The notes: generated by a model not told the origin, from the letters alone. 64,000 bases of DNA from Octopus sinensis (GCF_006345805.1 NC_042997.1:134726001-134790000); one strand, 5' to 3'. Shown: positions 16,131-30,820, counted from the stretch's first letter. Translations and numbers: made by a program.

Positions 16131-18089
16131 ATATATAAATAAATATTTATACATATATATATATACATGCATATATACCTGCATTTGTATAAATCTCTTT
16201 GTACAACTGTGTGTGTGTGTGTTTACATTCGTATATAGGAGTATAATGAAGACTTCTCTCTTAACCATCAGCATGATACTAGGAAAATATATTATCATTA
16301 TCATCATCATCATCATCATCATCTTTATCCTTAATAGAACTGGGAAAAATATACCAAAGTCTACTACAAAATTGTTGCTGCTTCTTCAAAGAGACTCTCA
16401 TAGTAAATGGGCAGTGCATTAGTTTAAAAGAAAAGAAAAGAAAAATCGAAAGAAAGAGATGGAGAGAGAGAGAAAAAAGAAAGAATGAGTGAGAAAGGTG
16501 TGTCACAACAATGAAGTAAAGTAAAAGAAGTACTGAAATAAAATTTGAAAGAAAAAAAAATGATATATTTAAAACCACAAAAACATAATTTATACAAATA
16601 GTAATGATTATGAATCTGAACCATTTCATACACATAGCATGTATCGCGTAGATGCAGCAAGTTGAAGTCAGCTGCAATTAAAATCTACTTCGGCAAGTGC
16701 AAGTGAATGATTTTGTACGAAAAGAAAAGAGTTGCCTCCCTTCAATAACTCTTTCCGTGCTTAGTTTCCAGTATGTTTTCTTAAAAGGATTTACAAAATA
16801 TATTTATAAATTGAATGGTTTTCTTGATAAGCCATCCCTCTCTCATCTGGCACGCATTAGTAACAATAATAAATTTCCTTATTCACAAAAATAGAAACCC
16901 ATTAAAAGAATCTATTTTTATCAAAGAATGAAGTGAAGGGTGAAAATACTACAGTAGGAGAAAAATAAGGAAAAGAATTTTGAAAGGTGATTGCTGAAAT
17001 TAATCATAATCACGTTGAACCTTTTAAATCTGACATGAAGGAATTTCAATTATTGATAATTCTGTTATTAGAATATCACATGTATTTCAGTAAATATTTC
17101 TAGATAAGCTCAAGGTATTCGTGATGTTGCAGAGTAAATTTTCTCAAAGTTAATCACTATCACCCGGAAACCTATGGCATGTCACTGTTTGCTCACATGA
17201 CATAGGTTCACTATCACTGTGATAGGAAACCAGTATTAATAAATATTGGTTGGCTAAAAATTGTCATAGATTTATTTCCTGATGATGTGACTAACTATTA
17301 TATTAATATTATTTTAGATTTATGACAGCGAGATGGCAGAATTGTCAGCATCCCGGGTAAAATGCTTAGCAGCATTTCGTTCAGCTTTATGTTCTGGATT
17401 CAAATTCCTCTACAGTCAACTTTACCTTTCATCCTTTCCAGGTTAATAAAATATGTACCAGTTTAGCCCTGGGGCTTACCCCTTTCACAAAAATTGCTGG
17501 CCTTGTGCCAAAATTTGAAACCAATTATATTCTAGATTAAATAATAATAATGAAATTATTGTATACAGTGCTCAGGTGCACCACAACTTGTCAAAAGGCA
17601 TATAGAGCATATGCAGTAATGTACAAATGTCTGGAAAGCAAACAATGCATGAGTCAGATACATACTTGCGTGTGTATGGAGGGGAGAAAATCAGGTGTAG
17701 TCTTGGCGAATCTCAAGAAGCATGGAAGTTTTGAAGAATGCAGTGCTCTGACAATTAACAACTGATGCCGGCAGTTTGTTCCATACTTCAGAAACTCTTA
17801 GCATGAAAAAATGTTTAAATATGAGTTACAAAGCGTTTTTGAAATAGGATTTAAGTACATTTTTGCCTTGTTGTTCATTGATTATATTCTTAAAGCTGAA
17901 TGATCTCTTGTTGATAGATAAAATCTTAATATTATATGTTCTGAAGTTCATGTTCCTTCTGCTTATTACATTAGTCATTCATACATGGAATATCGATGGC
18001 ATACATTGCATAATAAGTCAAATTCATTAGGTAGCTCCTTTAAATCGGAATCATTTCTCAGTGTTATTCTTTAGCAGATATTGTCTCAA

Positions 18090-18306
18090 CCCTTTTGTTA
18101 CCAACCCGGCTGAAACCGGCTCTGGCTCTGAGTACAAATGTCTTGTTTTCATAAGTTTGAATTAAAATCTTCCACCAAACCTAGTCACAATTTATGTTCC
18201 TAACACTAGCTGAACGATAACTAAGTTATTTACTAAAGTCTTTGTCATATTTAAAGTAATTGAAAGAAACACAGAGCATCTCAAAATAAATACAGTAATG
18301 AAAGGG
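18090..18306. mobile_element. piggyBac-like MITE
   Basis: cccttt...aaaggg termini, tcaa (mutated TTAA) on the left and ttaa on the right; further copies at 35462-35670 and (partial) 18909-19077. Confidence 0.65.
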
Positions 18307-18585
18307 TTAAAGTATGATAATTAGAAATAATCGCATCAGTAATAAATGGTACATACACAAGATTTGTAAACATAACATCATTTTTCTGTAAACATCTAAA
18401 TTAGAGCAGAATCTAGTTGAAAGTTTCAGATAGTCACACACTCAAATAAAGATTTCAAACCTCCCTAACTAGACAATTATATATACATAGTATCAAAATT
18501 GACAACATGATGAATGTATAACAGCATAACATTTCTTTTAATGTTTTTCCTCCTGACGTATGCAAAACTGAGCAATACACACACA

Positions 18586-18629
<44 letters not shown>

Positions 18630-18710
18630 ATATATATATATATATATAATATATATATATATATTATATATATATATTATAGCTATATATATGTATGTAT
18701 GTAATATATA

Positions 18711-18751
<41 letters not shown>

Positions 18752-19408
18752 CTGTATATCATCATCATCATCATCATCATCATGTTTATTGTCCGCTTTC
18801 CATGCTAGCAGGGTTGGAACGATTTGACTGAGGTCTGGCGAACCAGATGGCTGACCAGACTTCAATCTGATCCTATCATCTATCTATCTATCTATCTATC
18901 TATCTATATGTCCTTGTTTTCATAAGTTTTGTAATAAAACTTCCACCAAACCTTAGTCACCATTATGTTCCTACACTAGCTGAACGATACCTAATTATTT
19001 ACTAAGTCTTGTCATATTTAAAGTAATTGAAAGAAACACAGAGCATCTCAAAATAAATACAGTAATGAAAGGTTAAGTATTGATAATTAGAATAATCGCA
19101 TCAGTAATAAATGTACTAACACAATATTTTTGTAAACATAGCATCACAATCTTTTATTTCTTTTATATTAAATATTTTAATTTTTCTGTAAACATCTAAT
19201 TAGAGCAGAATCTAGTTGAAAGATTTCAGATAGTCACACCTCAATACAAGATTTCAAACCTCCCTAACTAGACTTTATATATACATAAGTATCACAAAAT
19301 TGACAACATGAATGTTAACAGCATAACATTTCTTTAATGTTTTTCCTCCTGACTTATGCAAAACTGAGCATACACACACATAATATCCATATATATTAAT
19401 ATATATGG

Positions 19409-19467
<59 letters not shown>

Positions 19468-19670
19468 TTGTATGTCGGTATATATATATTTATATATATA
19501 TCTATATTATATAATATATGTATGTATGCATGTATCATCTCATCATCATCATCATTGTTTATTGTCCGCTTTCCATGCTAGCATGGGTTGGACGATTTGA
19601 CTGAGGTCTGGCGAACCAGATGGCTGCACCAACTTCAATCTGATCCTATCTATCTATCTATCTATATATA
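18137..19670. repeat. Tandem duplication of a ~770-bp unit (MITE part, unique DNA, family-C SINE fragment)
   Basis: Units ~18137-18905 and ~18909-19670 are colinear and differ mostly by 1-bp indels. Confidence 0.85.
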
Positions 19671-19749
19671 TATATATAATAAACAAACATATATACTGTA
19701 ATTGTTTCCACACGTGGTTTGCTTTCCTGTTTTTTCCCGTTTTGGATTA

Positions 19750-19791
<42 letters not shown>

Positions 19792-20134
19792 TATATAAAT
19801 CACATAGGCACATATATGTATGTATATGTATCATGTATGTGTGTATGTATGTATGTGTTTTATATATTTTGTTGTATTTTCAGAAGTCATTATGCCAATA
19901 ATAATAATATTTATTGTATATTACATGTTTTTTGTATATTACATGTAATATGCAAATAAATATCTGTAATATAAAACCATCCGAATTTCTGAGTACCTCA
20001 TTTCTTCTAATATAAAATACCTGTACATCATCTCCAAACCTTCCAATATATATATATATATATACCGGAGTAAACACATAAATGTGAAACAAGGTGGAAA
20101 AAAGAGTACTCAATACCAGGGGTAGAATAATATG

Positions 20135-20219
20135 CTTTATTTAAAAGCAGCAGAAATTCAACAAAACCTGTTACTCGGAGTAACAGGTTTTGTTGAATTT
20201 CTGATGCTTTTAAATAAAG
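20135..20219. repeat. 42-bp-arm hairpin with 1-nt spacer
   Basis: ctttatttaaaagcagcagaaattcaacaaaacctgttactc-g-gagtaacagg...taaataaag, one mismatch. Confidence 0.9.
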
Positions 20220-20712
20220 TATATATATACACACACATTATGCATACATACACAGCATGTATATATATACATATATATATATGTATATATAGACACACAC
20301 AAACATGCACACACACACATATTTCTACATATAAAGAGAGTAGTTGACTGATACAGAAAATTTGGCTTCATATATATTAGTCCTTAAATTGACTATCATT
20401 ACATTTGTTTTTTGCTTTTCACCACCAGAGATCAATGAAATATATTGTCATTGATACATTGGGAGTGAATTTACTCGTCTACACTTTTACCATAGCTAAA
20501 CAATTGGCCTCCAGCTTAATTAAGAAATCATCGTTTCTTTTTCTTTGATCCTTTTTGTTTTAATTTCATAATTTTCACCTAATGAAACATTGAGGGAAAA
20601 ATATCTATTTGTGTTTACTTACAAATCTCTCTCTGTCCACCTATTTTCTTCTTTCTCTGTGCCTTTCTCTCACTTTCTCTTTCTTCTTGCTCTCTGTATA
20701 TATATACACACG

Positions 20713-20754
<42 letters not shown>

Positions 20755-20757
20755 GTG

Positions 20758-21142
20758 GGGGGAAACTAAGAAAAATAGACGAAAATGCACATAGTAAATC
20801 AAAAAAAGTATAGGCTTTTTATGCAAAGTAACGAAAGGTGTATACACTTAGATGAACTGAGCTAGGAATAAAAATAATAAAAGTCATTATTGTGAAATTA
20901 TTAAAGAGATTCAAACTCATTGCTTTGAATTCAAAGCAATGAATAGTTGTATTCAAACTAATGATTAGTAACTTACGAAACCAGTATGCTTGAATCTCTT
21001 TAATAATTTCACAATAATGACTTTTATTACTTTTATTCCTACCTCAGTTCATCTAATTGTATATATCTTTTGTTACTTTGCATAAAAAGTCTTTACTTTT
21101 TTTGATTTACAATGTGCATTTTCGTCTTTTTTTTACTTTCCC
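20758..21142. mobile_element. MITE-like fold-back with ~155-bp imperfect TIRs
   Basis: 20758-20914 is the reverse complement of 20990-21142 with scattered substitutions; the spacer has its own hairpin cattgctttgaattcaaagcaatg. Confidence 0.65.
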
Positions 21143-21188
21143 CTTACATTACCACGTGTAGTTTTTTATTTTCTTTTTGTGACATATT

Positions 21189-21271
<83 letters not shown>

Positions 21272-21350
21272 GCATTCCCACTATATGTTAACATCCAGTA
21301 ACTGTTAACTACGGATGAACTTTACATAGCATACTTAAAGGTTTTCACCA

Positions 21351-21409
<59 letters not shown>

Positions 21410-24400
21410 TGCATAAATATACATATCTCAGCTTGTTACTTCTTTTTCTTCTCCATCCCATTTCACCATCTTTAATTCCCCACTATGTACAACATGTTAT
21501 TTATTGTTATTGTTGTATGTTACCACATGTTATTTTTCTCTTTTTAAACATTTCATCACAACATTTGGATAGAATGAGAAAAAAATGATTTTGTCCTTTT
21601 TCAATGCATTGGTCATAAAAAAACCTTAGATCAATTCTTATGAGAAATTATTGCTGCACTATGCAACATGAGAACAAACAAGTGCTCCATGGAGTGGGAC
21701 TCTAGTCTACCAAATGTTAATTGCATAGAGAAACTCTCCCAAATATTTATTGCATAGAGTAATTTATAAGCTGCTTTCATAACCAGATATATTCTAAAAA
21801 TAAAATATTTTAATTCATTAACTCAGAATCTATGGCAGATGTTTGTAAAGTAGAAGCATTGGTCAGTATTTTCCCTATTTAAACACTGTTTTGCATTAGC
21901 TGATATGAATACTCAGATAAAGAATGAACATCACCAGGACTTGTTCGATATTTTAGCGGGCAAAAACTCTGTAATTTTTTGGTCCATATTTTTGTGATAT
22001 TTCCTTCTCCTCCTAACCAGTAAATACATCCACCTTTGTTCATGATTTTATAATACAACCTAGTGCGACAAAATGACAGTTGATTCATGACATACAAATA
22101 AAAATAACTTTTTTTTTCCCAAGATATATAGACAGATAATGTTGACGTATCTGATAAGGAATGAACCATGTATAGAAATGACATCAGAAGTGCTTATCTG
22201 GTTTTGGCAGATATGAGTATATTTCAAATATTTAGTTATGGGTTCATTATTTGCTAAATGTCTTTTCCTTGCTGTTTTCTTTTATTTAAGACAAAATCTA
22301 AATTAACACTTTATTCTTGAAGGTATGTGAAAAATATGTAAAGGTTTTCTTTTTGCACTGAAGTTATTATACTCATTCTATTTTTCACTTTCTTTTTAAA
22401 TAAAATGCTATATGAAAGATGAAAATTTAGCAGTAATTTTTTAGTCCAAGAGTAAATGCAACAAGAGTAGTGAATTGCATTCCTCTATATTTTGAATTTG
22501 AATTTAACCCAGGTCATTTCCATTTGTCATGCTTCCAGGGACAAAAGTAGATGAACCATCATATACTGGAGGATATGGAATCAACTATAACTACCCCCAT
22601 GCATATATTTTTTTGAGCCTAAATACAGAAATGAATATTAGTGATATCACACTGAGGATTCTGAGTTGGCTGCAATGGTATTTTAAGTTTCATCCCTTTA
22701 AGTTCATATTTTGAATACCATTGCAATTGATTTTGCCTTTTATTCATTGAGGGATCAATACACTACATTACCTGTGTATGCTGGGTGTCAACTATGCTTC
22801 TCCCATGACAAAGCAATTGAGCATCTGCTTAATGAAGACATCATTATTAATATATATCCATTATTGTATGTGAAAACAAGAGGTTTGACATAGAAAAATC
22901 ATGCACACACACACCTATGTATGATATATATATATATATATACAAATATTATATATTATAAATATATGCGTGTGTGTGTGTATGTATATATGTATGTACG
23001 TACATATATGTGTGTGTGTGTATATGTGTGCATATAGTGTAGAATCCCCAGTAACCTATATGTCATTAGAGCAAGGTGAGAGATAATAGGTATGAAACTA
23101 TAGCATCATGTTTCTGTAGAAGGTGAGGAAGAGTGTCTGTGACATTATCTGGCAAGAACAATATGACGGAATTTTTGTGAAAACATCGATAGCCCTCTTT
23201 GTAAATTGGCAGCTCCTTGTATTGTGATATGTATGTGATAAATACAAAATTTATAGAAGAAAATAAAAACAAACTACTAAATAAACCAATTTTCCAAATT
23301 TGTATTGATGTGATTTTTTTCAAAATCATACAATAGTTCCTATTCAATGACCCAATTTCAGTGACTTTTTTTCCTCCTATCCCGGCAGCTATTACAATTG
23401 TCTTTTATCTACCTTGATATAAGGGTAAAGCTATGTAACATGTCAAATATTATTTACTGTAAAAGAGATAAACTGTTTTTCGTAGAAAGAAACGAACTTT
23501 TGTTGAAATAAATGCATCAAAAGACGCAATTATGTTGTTAGTTGTCTTTATTTATAATTTGGTTTTTCTCTTACTCTTTTGCTCTGACGAATTTCTAATT
23601 GGAAATTTTTTACATGTCTTTCTAACATGTAGACTTTTATAATTCCTATCAGTAAATGAAACATGTGTAATGGATAATTAATAATATCAAAAAATTTCAA
23701 TTTCCTGTTTTGTAATTCAATTTTAAGACAGTAGATTGGAATAATTGGTGGAATGTTGCACAGAATATCTTACTATGTTTTGGTTATGAACATACATTTT
23801 CAGTTCAAATCCTGCAGATATTGGCTTTGCTTAGATGATAAAATGAAATGCCAGTAAAAATGCTTGGTCAAGATAATCAATTCATATTCTTCCCAAAAAC
23901 TGTTTGATCTTGTACCAATTATAGAAATCAATATCAAGGGTGATATTGTGACCAGCTTCTTTGAGAGCAACAGGTAAGCTTTTAATAATTCCATATTTTA
24001 ATCAAGTTTTGTCCTCAAAATCTTCCAAATATATAAATCATCTCAGTAAACTCATAAATTACACATTTCTTCATCCACTTAAAAAAGAGATCCCTTGTAC
24101 ATAGTATAAAAGAAAAAAGTATAGGAGTTTAATTTTTTTCCGTTGATGGTGAGCTTGCAGCATCTTGCTATATTAACATTGTGGGGCATGAGGTTATTGT
24201 GTCTATCAAATGAAACTTCATAATTTATGTTAGACCCTACTGTATGTGTATTTACCATACAGAATCTTCCTCTGATGTACCTTCTCTCAGCTACATTGTT
24301 GGTATTCATAATCTGCATCACTACATTTTTCTGTATTTCTGTACATAATGATTACTTCTGAATTTGCTAATGATACCTAACATGATTCTAATATATCTAC

Positions 24401-24494
24401 TGTTGGATCTTTACCTTTCATCTAAGTTACGTTTGTATGAATAAACGAGTGTATCTGAAGCATATTTATGTTCGTGCTTCATTTCTCATTTTTT

Positions 24495-24840
24495 TCCGTA
24501 ATTCTAACCCTAAAACCCCAAACCTAACCCTAACCCTAAAACCTTAAAGCTAAAACCAGTACAACGCACGAACGATGTCATAAATAACAGTGAGAAACGA
24601 AATATACACCGCCGATAGTTGTTTTTGACAAACAACGGCAGTAATTTTAGTCAGCTGAATACATTTCATTGATTGGTTGAAGTTACTGAAATACGACAAC
24701 TTTAACAAGAAATATCTTCCAAAATACAGAATTTTCTCGACAACGCCCAGAGTAAAAGATGTTTTAAGTTTCACATTCTACAATTATACGAAGTTTGAAA
24801 GTATTTAGTTACAAAAAATTATTTTAAAAATCTTTTCTAA
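24495..24840. repeat. Interspersed repeat with degenerate (CCCTAA)n
   Basis: ctaaccctaaaaccccaaacctaaccctaaccctaaa; this motif is common inside Helentron/HINE-type repeats and the site is not a chromosome end. Confidence 0.4.
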
Positions 24841-25061
24841 AGGTAAAATCCCGACTGTTTTCACCAGTCAGTCAAAGATCCATTCCCAACTGCATCGTTT
24901 TAATTCAGAAACAAAAAAATAGATGATTTCATTGGAGTGATTTTCCTTACTTATATTTACATTTTAAAACAAACAGCACTAGTGTGAATTCTTATCAACA
25001 GATTGCATGATAATCTCTCTCAATTGTAATTTTCAAATTCATTATATTACACCGGTGTGAC

Positions 25062-25198
25062 AGTGTGGTAGGAAGCTCTCTTCTCAACAACATGTTTCAG
25101 GTTCAGTCCCACTGCACGGTACCTTTCATAGCCTCGAGATGACTAAATCCTTGTAAGTGGATTTAGTAGACGGAATTGAAAGAAGTCCGTCGTATGTA

Positions 25199-25200
<2 letters not shown>
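25062..25200 (+). mobile_element. SINE family A, 5' half (split by LINE insertions)
   Basis: gtgtgacagtgtggtaggaag..caggttcagtcccactgc..gtggatttagtagacggaa, running into (CTAT)n. Confidence 0.7.
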
Positions 25201-25278
<78 letters not shown>

Positions 25279-25603
25279 CATCTACGGACATGCTGTCACT
25301 TCGGCTCCGAAGGTAATCGCTTATTTTGACTATTTATAGCCCATATTTTGTGTACATTTTTGTAAATAAGGTGTGTAAGACACCCAACTTTCGTTTGAGT
25401 GCTTTTCCAAGGGAGGAATTCGCCCCTAGGGGCAGTTTCAACCCTATTTAATTTGTGTAATTTTCTTCTCAACATTTTGTAATGTCGAGAAATTTTATTG
25501 TAGAACGCTGGTCGCGTTCTTTTATGGACCAGCATTTTCCTAGTCTGGAAACGCTAGGAGAAAAAAAAAGAACGTATGCACGCAAAGTGCAAACCTGAAT
25601 GAC

Positions 25604-27333
25604 GTGGTAGTGAACGCTGCAACCACTTGCGGTAACAGCCCTGTCACCACCACCACCACCACCACTAACAACAACAACGAGACTACTACTGCTACCACCA
25701 CCACCTCCACCACCACCACCACCACTACCACCACGACCAACATAAACGATAAAAATGAAACTCACGCGAATACTATTAAGAAAAAACAACAACAACAAGA
25801 ACAACAATAAAATGAACTATCTAATAGTGAAGATGTTAATATTAAAACAACAACACCAGTAAATTTCGCTGATACTCTGCGTCAGAAGAAGGAAATAGTA
25901 ACATTTACAAATGAAGAGCTAATAGAAACGAGAGCTCTCTTTACAACCCGTGGGCAAGATTTAGTGCTGCATACACCTCAACACATAAAGGAACAAATAG
26001 AAAATAAGACAATTATATATAAAATTATAAGAAAAAACAAAAAACAAAATGAACAGATTACAAAAACGGATATAGAAAAATGTTTAAAAAGCATAATGAA
26101 ATAAAAAGAATATATAAACTGGGGTCCCCAGTTTAACACAGTAGTGGTCCGCTTCACTAAAAAGGAAATGGCAAAAGCTCACTCTACCGAGTCTTTGGAA
26201 AATGATGATATCAAAACGGTACCTTATTTCAAAGGCCAGAGAGTGAGTAGAATTACTATTAAAAATGTACTCCCCGAGATCCCGAACAAATGGATAACAG
26301 GGGCAATCTGTTACCATTTGAAAAAGATCAATATTTTAGAAACAGCCGTGTACCTAAACGACAATTGGGGTGGAAAAACAGTAGTAGTGACCATCCAGAT
26401 TGAGGGGGCCTCTATCGAGAGCCTACCCGATAGGATCCACCTAGAAAATGGGCAAAGCCTATATGTTGTGGCAGAAGGCAAGAAGCCTAGATGCTACAAC
26501 TGTGGCAGCCCAGAGAATTAAATTGCCAAGTGCGCTCTAGCACAGAAAAAACAAGAAAGAACAAATCAGAAAACAACACCAACACACTCAATTATGGAAC
26601 AATGCCAAGAAGAAAAACAACAAACCAGCAAACAAACCCCAACAACATCATCAAGAAAAGAAACAGTACCAACAAAATCACCGTTGACGACGCAACCAAT
26701 TTATCATGCTGAACCAAAAGATAGACCCACACCAATACCCAGGACGACAATTAAAAAGACAGAAAACAGTGACGAGAAGACAAATTCTACCCCTAACACC
26801 ATAACAACAACACAAACACCGCACAAAACATCAACAATTTCTACAAGCATACATATTAACACAAATGCTTTGCTTTACCCTCTTCTGATACGTCGGACGA
26901 CGAAAGTTCGACGGAATGGCAAATAGCCACAGGGGGTAAAAGGAAAAGATAAAAAAAGTCCACCAAACAAGGAAGTAAAGCAGGGAGATATTTAACTCCG
27001 GACAGCATCCCCCTAGACAATCAAAAAATCAATGAACCCGCAAAACCACACACACAACTAACTGCAATAGACACAGACAATAAAAAATTAATGGATTATA
27101 TTGTATCCAACACGGACATCTGTGAAGATGACTTTAAGACAAACAATCATCCGCGCACCACACCACCGAAGCACATAAAAATTGTACACATAACACAAAC
27201 ACAACACCATACACTGAAAACAATATTTCCAAATGCGGTAGGCGGGTTTCAACGTTACCTCTCCAAAAAACTATACAAACACCACATCAAAGACACTACA
27301 AAAGAAGAAGAAAAAATGAAACTTTCGAAATGA
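25604..27333 (+). pseudogene. LINE ORF1 (gag-like, zinc knuckle, Thr/Lys-rich), disrupted
   Basis: ORF fragments 26144-26521 (...EGKKPRCYNCGSPEN), 26594-26926 and 27091-27333. Confidence 0.7.
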
Positions 27334-27408
27334 GTAAGTGACCTTCCCTCTTGCCTCTTGTCTCTTCCAATGTTTGTGTGTGAAACACAATTTTCGTAAA
27401 CGTCAATT

Positions 27409-30300
27409 ATGCTTAAATTAGGTTGTGTGAATGCGCGTGGCTTGGCGTCGACTTGGAAGCAAGGTTACCTTCTAAACGACATCAAGTCACTGAACGTGGA
27501 TATAGTAGCTATCAGTGAAACCAGACTCAGCAAGCCGCAGGCCCTCGCGTCCATGTTTGGCGATCAATTTGACATTTATTTTTCTCCCTGTCTGCCGAAC
27601 ATGGGTGGTGGAGGTACCGCGGTGCTTTTTCGAAAGAGTCTAAATGTAAAAGTAAGAACAATTTCCTAGACCCGGAGGGTAGGCTGGTTGTTTTGGACGT
27701 GGATGGCAGAAATGAGTGTGCATTCCGTCTGATGGCAGTTTATGCACCGTCCTTAACGGGTCGGGCGGATTTCTTCAGACGTCTAGAGGTTTTCCTGGGT
27801 ACGTCTAGACCTTTACTGTTAGTAGGGCGTTGGAACGCTACCTTGGACACGCATCTAGATTATGTGGGAATGGATAGGAATAGAAGGGGGTGTAAGTGCC
27901 TCAAAGACCTACTCAGACGTTTCCATTTGTCTGACAGGTTCCGACTCGACCATCCGAACGTGCCAACGTGGACTTGGACAAACCGCGTCGGATCGTCGAG
28001 ATCTTATCTAGATAGAATTCTATGCAGGACAGCGGATAGGGATAGTGTAGGATGTCCACAATTTAAAATAGTCAGCTACACAGATCACAAATTTGTGACG
28101 TGTACGCTCGACTTAGATAAGACACATAGACAGGGTCCCGGTTACTGGAAACTGAACACGTCGCTCTTAGCGCGACAGGTTTACAGGAACCGGATTAGCG
28201 AGTTAATTAAGAGGGCGCTGACGGGAGCCGTCGTTAACAACCGCTGGTGGTTCACCCTGAAAATGGCAATAAAATCGGAATCAATTAGGTTTAGCAAGGA
28301 ATTAGCGATAGATCGAAACAGAGTAGAGGGAGACCTAGTTAAGAAACTAGAAGAGGCACTTACCACTGGCAGCGCAACCAACGTGATGGCTGCGAGGATG
28401 GCCCTCGACCAACACCTCAACGCCAAGCACGAAGGTTGCGTCGTCAGAGCTAAAATGCGTGCCTTAAGGAATGAAGGGATCGAAGCTGCGCGAGAGGCCC
28501 GGGTAGCGGAGGCGCAGCGTGGAAACAGAGCCACCATTCGGTCTCTAATAGATCAACAGGGATGCAGTTTACTCGAACCCGAAAGGATGTGTGAGGCCTT
28601 TCAACAGCACTTTGCTCGATTGTTTGGTGCGAGTGGTGGGTCGGAACGCGGGATGGATTTCAGTGCCTACCTGACCGACCTGCCGCGGCTCTCGGCAAGA
28701 GAAGCAGAGTGTTGTGAAAGTCCCATCACAGCCGCTGACGTGCGGGATGCGATGGCGGGCTGCGCGAGGGATAAGTCGCCTGGATTGGATGGTTTACCCT
28801 ACGAGCAGACTTTTTTGACGACCTCTTGGCATCTGTCTACTGCAACTGGTAACAAAACGGGAGAATTCCCGGTTTCGTGAGCCGAGGTGCAGTGACGTTG
28901 CTGAAGAAAGACCCAAACAAGGGGAATTTTATAGATAATTTCAGGCCCATCACTCTGCTCAACGCAGATTTGAAAATTTTGGCCAAAGTAATAGCCGAGA
29001 GGTTGGCGCTTGTCATTGGTAAACTGGTCGACAGGGCTCAAACATGCGCCGTGCCGGGCAGAACCATACATGACAACCTCCATCTGATGCGCTAAATTGT
29101 GGACAGGGTAGTTAAGGATCCTGGCATGGGTGGGGCGCTGATAAATTTGGATCAGTCTAAAGCATTCGATAGGGTCGACCATCGGTACTTGGCGGCCGTC
29201 CTCAGGGCGGCTGGCTTCGGTCCCGTCTTCCGCGGTTGGATCGCTGCCTTGTATAGCAGCATCCGATCGGTGATTCGGGTAAACGGTCACCTGTCGAAAC
29301 CGTTTGACATCACGCGTTCGGTCCGTCAGGGGTGTCCCCTGTCGGCGCTTCTGTATGTATTGACTCTCGAGCCGCTACTGCGGAAGCTGGCGACACTGAG
29401 GGGCATCCCACGGGAACTGGGTTGCGGGACGAGCGTGTCGGCATATGCGGATGATGTCACCGTCATAGTGTCGAGCGACAAACACATCCAGATGATAGGC
29501 GAGACACAAAGAAAATATGAAACGGTGACGGGAGCGAAGATTAACCCGGAAAAGTCAGTGGGTTTGCTACTCGGCACCTGGAGAAGCAAGCCCATGCCGT
29601 CCGACTGCGGCTCAGTAGTGGGACGCTGGACGGACGGATCGGTTAAATTGCTCGGGGTCTGGTTCAGTCCGGACCTCCAAATGGATAAGAACTGGGACGA
29701 GATCACGAGTAGAGTGGTCGCTCTCAGCCAAACATGAGCCGAGAGAAAGCTGTCTCTAAAAGGCCGGGCGGAGGTGGCGAACGCGTACATCGCATCCGTC
29801 ATCGATTACCGCCTGACCGTCGTGCCTTGTCCCGACGCCACCATCACCAAACTGGAACGCATACTCTTCCGCTTGCTGTGGAAGGGTGGCGTTCCGATGG
29901 TGAGGAAGTCCATTTGCTGTCAACATTCGTTGAATGGAGGACTGGGAATGCCGTGGTTGATGATGCGCAGGCATACGCTGAGACTGCGGCATCTCTGGAA
30001 CTTCATCGACGACGGTGAACAGGTGTGGGCGCCGTTTGTGAGGCGCGCCTTTCCGCAGCTCGTCTCACTGACCGAACTGCAAACGTGGATCAAAAAGAGA
30101 CCGAAACTGGGCGATTGGCACCGAGAGTGTCGCCAAGCTCTACAGCAGCTCTGCCGACCGGGGTCAAACTTGTGCAACTTACAAACGACTAAAGCGTTCT
30201 ATAGAGGACTAGTGGAGGGGAGGTCCGACGACACACTCGGGGCAAACCTGGGCGTCGACGAGAAATTCCTAACCCGCCTGTTCAGGACGACGCACTACCT
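27409..30300 (+). pseudogene. LINE ORF2 (APE endonuclease plus reverse transcriptase), frameshifted and stopped
   Basis: MLKLGCVNARGL..VDIVAISET; SYLDRI..TDHK; GYWKLN; KSPGLDGLPYE; NFRPITLLNADLKILAK; DQSKAFDRV; RQGCPLS; SAYADDVT. Confidence 0.9.
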
Positions 30301-30537
30301 GTTCGTCAACTTTTTCAAGTACCACTTGAAAAGGAGGATGAGAATAGAGAGGAAGGCTTTGTCGAACGAATGTTTTAATAAAAAGTGGGTAAAAGTGGCA
30401 AAAATTAAGCATAAATCTGTAACAAAAGAGACAACGAGAAGTGAGGCGACTTACTCATGTGTTCTTTTTCGAATTGTCTGAGGTGACCTAGGTCTTTTTT
30501 GTAGGTTTTTCTTTCCAAGGCTACACTTAAACTGTGA

Positions 30538-30588
<51 letters not shown>

Positions 30589-30740
30589 CTTTTTTATACA
30601 CCACACAACCCACAGATCCCTATTGATCAAACGTGTTTTTTTTTTGTGCCCCACCCATCCCACCTCGAAAAGAAAAAATTCTACATTGTATTTCGTCCAT
30701 TTTTATTCTGTGTTTAGCCCTGTGTGGCTACAATAAAAAG

Positions 30741-30791
<51 letters not shown>

Positions 30792-30820
30792 CCTATTTAT
30801 CTATCTATCTATCTATCTAT

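Larger units (their letters stand above)
25285..30741 (+). mobile_element. Near full-length, decayed Tx1/L1-like non-LTR retrotransposon
   Basis: ORF1 with a broken CCHC knuckle (CYNCGSPEN*IAKC), APE endonuclease, RT; 3' end aataaaaagt running into (TATC)n. Confidence 0.9.

Noticed and set aside
22513-22677. Possible 165-nt plus-strand exon (SFPFVMLPGTKVDEPSYTGGYGINYNYPHAYIFLSLN...) with AG/GT borders
   Set aside because: No recognisable protein family and no partner exons could be chained; needs RNA-seq or BLASTX
21600-24400. Repeat-poor block with short hydrophobic ORFs (e.g. 23066-23347 minus)
   Set aside because: Stops in all frames and no motif recognised; could be UTR or ancient debris
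24503-24545. Telomere-like (CCCTAA)n
   Set aside because: Short, degenerate and internal to an interspersed repeat
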